Assembly (NCBI GenBank): GCA_976551045.1
Contig: CDPCPM010000103.1
Location: 11,842,001-11,906,000 of the forward strand
DNA length: 64,000 nucleotides
Reading direction: 5' to 3'
Source of the DNA: Glaucostegus cemiculus
Taxonomy: Eukaryota
Shown here: piece after piece, positions 63,126 to 64,000 of the stretch
Layout of the letters: every line of letters begins with the position of its first letter
How positions within the stretch are numbered: position 1 is the stretch's first letter
Made by a program: the position numbers and the translations under genes
The notes under the pieces: generated by a model
The model's database searches: none
What the model was told of the DNA's origin: nothing
What the model saw: the letters and a program-made list of their open reading frames with translations, nothing else

Positions 63126-64000
63126 AATGAAGAACTCATCTAAGTGCAATAATGTTAACTGCAGCCACAGTTCCCCCTTCACCACCAGTTCTACACCTTA
63201 CCTGTCACAAAAATAAAAACCAGCACAAAAAAACACTAAGCCAACTTAATGAATGAACTAATACTGCTTTCCATGTAATCTCTATTGTGCCTGCCATCTA
63301 CACAGTACTGGCCCACTGGCTGCAAGGCTTCTGCTATTCACAAGAGGCTGCTGCTTGCTTTGGAGTTGGAGCAGTCTCAGATTACGTGGTGCAGCTATAC
63401 CCATCATGTCTTGCCTGGGCAGCAGCGGTCTGGGCTAGTTGGAAACAAACAGACATTTGGGAGAGTGGCAAGGATTTGTTATAACAGCTAACTAACTTCC
63501 TGAGAGACAAGAGCTGATGTGTGCATCATGGAGCCCTGACACTACCCAGCAATCTGGTCTACATTGTGAGCTCTTTTTCCACACTACAAATCACAGCCAT
63601 GATGGTGACAGTCTGAGCTTGTGTGGCTGTATCGTAATCAATGGGTGAACATCAATCTAGCAACCATTTTCAGCATTGATCCAACTTAGCTCTTGGTTTT
63701 CTTTCAAAATATCAAATTTTAATCTATTGGGATAGAATAAGCACCACATTTGTTGCTATTGAACATGTTTTCTAGTTTTACTGTTTGATGTTGAAGTATG
63801 TAGAACAAATATTTCCAGGTGAGACTTCCCAAGCTGTGAAATAATCTTTGGAATGCCATGATTGTTTTTGTGAAGGTACAATATGATTACTGGGTGTGAG
63901 TTTTTGCATCAGGGCATTGGTTAGTAACAATGGCTTCTAATGGGTTCTAAATTAAAATACCATTTCCCCATGTTCTTCCTACTTCTTTTAATTGTGGTGA

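Larger units (their letters stand above)
41761..64000 (+). other. EML1: EML1 intron 1 (partial, at least 22 kb)
   Basis: No sequence encoding the expected exon 2 (DDSASAASSMEVTDR-like) was found by eye downstream. Confidence 0.75.

Overview
Vertebrate genomic DNA, about 40% GC by eye and repeat-rich. The repeat content (HE1/V-SINE-like, SacSINE1-like, CR1/HER1-like, Penelope, Rex1, RTE, Tx1, L2, Harbinger) points to a cartilaginous fish. The one gene I recognise is EML1 on the + strand. Its first coding exon (41694-41760, MEDGFSGYSSLYDTSSLLQFCT, phase-1 donor) follows a CpG-enriched promoter that carries a consensus RFX X-box. I did not find exon 2, so intron 1 probably runs past the window end. 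Upstream are two unannotated-looking segments that could be alternative first coding exons, both ending in the same G|GT phase-1 donor. One is acidic and Pro-rich (5841-5967). The other lies behind an E-box/MCAT cluster, encodes a mitochondrial-presequence-like peptide and is interrupted by one TAA (16496-16613). Nearly all ORFs in the supplied track are transposon fragments or noise. I see no prokaryotic-type system or CRISPR array. Repeat family names come from recalled motifs, not database searches, and repeat boundaries are approximate.
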